From assembly GCA_002269645.1 (NCBI GenBank), contig NIVC01001482.1, positions 62,001 through 126,000 on the forward strand: a stretch of DNA of 64,000 nucleotides. The letters run 5' to 3'. This document shows positions 63,401 through 64,000 of the stretch, one piece after another. The translations under genes and the position numbers were made by a program. This stretch comes from Macrostomum lignano. Lineage: Eukaryota. The stretch's first letter is position 1; every line of letters begins with the position of its first letter. The notes under the pieces are model-generated. The model saw only the letters and a list, made by a program, of their open reading frames with translations. It did no database searches and was not told the origin of the DNA.

Positions 63401-63928
63401 CCATAGTCCGGATCATGGCAGGGTGTATGCCAAACTAAAACTTGATAGATCCACAGTTTGTACGCCAATGTACGCCAATTTTTTTCTGCCTTCCTTAACT
63501 GTATGCCACTTTTACAGGTTAACGAAAAATGGAGCATATCGCAATTTAAATATAGTTATACCTATGTTATATATATCCCTATTATTATTGCAAGCAAGTA
63601 AAATATATATTATGCCTCTAGCAGCAGGTTTTATTAGAATATTAAAATTATTCAATAAAACAATAGATGGGAATATATTTTGTTAAAGTTAATGTATTTC
63701 TAACATAAATTCCATTTTTTAATTATTGTGCAAATTCCTAAAAAAATACCAATGTTTATGTACATTACATATTACATTGCAAGTTGCAACAGCAACAGCA
63801 TGTATGCCACTTATACTAATAGGTAGGGCCCAATTTTTTGGTTATATGCCAATGTATGCCAATAGGGTTAGCAAGGGGTGACTATACGCCAAATTAATTT
63901 GGCGTATAGGCCATGATCTGGACTATGG
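63401..63928. mobile_element. hAT-like MITE
   Basis: 19-bp TIR CCATAGTCCGGATCATGGC (1 mismatch); 8-bp TSD GCTGGGGT / GCCGGGGT (7/8). Confidence 0.7.
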
Positions 63929-64000
63929 GCCGGGGTCCTCAATTCTAGGGGAGGGTAGTCGTAATTGTAGTCAAGCAGTCTTTTAGTGGCATGGTCATTC

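Overview
This is eukaryotic (metazoan) genomic DNA with GT-AG introns, GC-rich exons and very dense tandem repeats. The style resembles free-living flatworm assemblies such as Macrostomum, but that is an inference and was not tested. I assembled splice-consistent gene models by hand. On the minus strand, a secreted or membrane protein with at least three Ig domains (7 exons, 1495-6718) runs off the window start. On the plus strand lie four intronless paralogs encoding signal peptide + PAN/Apple-like + ConA/LamG/pentraxin-like proteins (8785-19906; the first is frameshifted), then an intronless LRR protein with a likely GPI signal (20702-22213) and a TTLL11 tubulin polyglutamylase (5 exons, 32612-45422). 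Three co-directional minus-strand genes follow: TMED9/p24-alpha, a 4-TM protein and an uncharacterised 4-exon gene. Mobile DNA includes three TSD-flanked copies of one tRNA-SINE, a CORE-like SINE, a truncated LINE 3' end, a solo LTR, a Tc1-like deletion derivative, two hAT-like MITEs and several foldback elements. Every intron of the Ig and TTLL11 genes carries a tandem array. The best leads are: (1) the PAN-LamG cluster with patchy hypervariable loops, flanked by LRR-GPI and Ig genes, as a candidate diversified recognition locus; (2) satellites growing inside foldback or MITE arms; (3) arrays that copy splice sites or leave an intron open in frame. Most long ORFs in the supplied track are repeat artefacts. 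Array lengths and purity may partly reflect assembly consensus.
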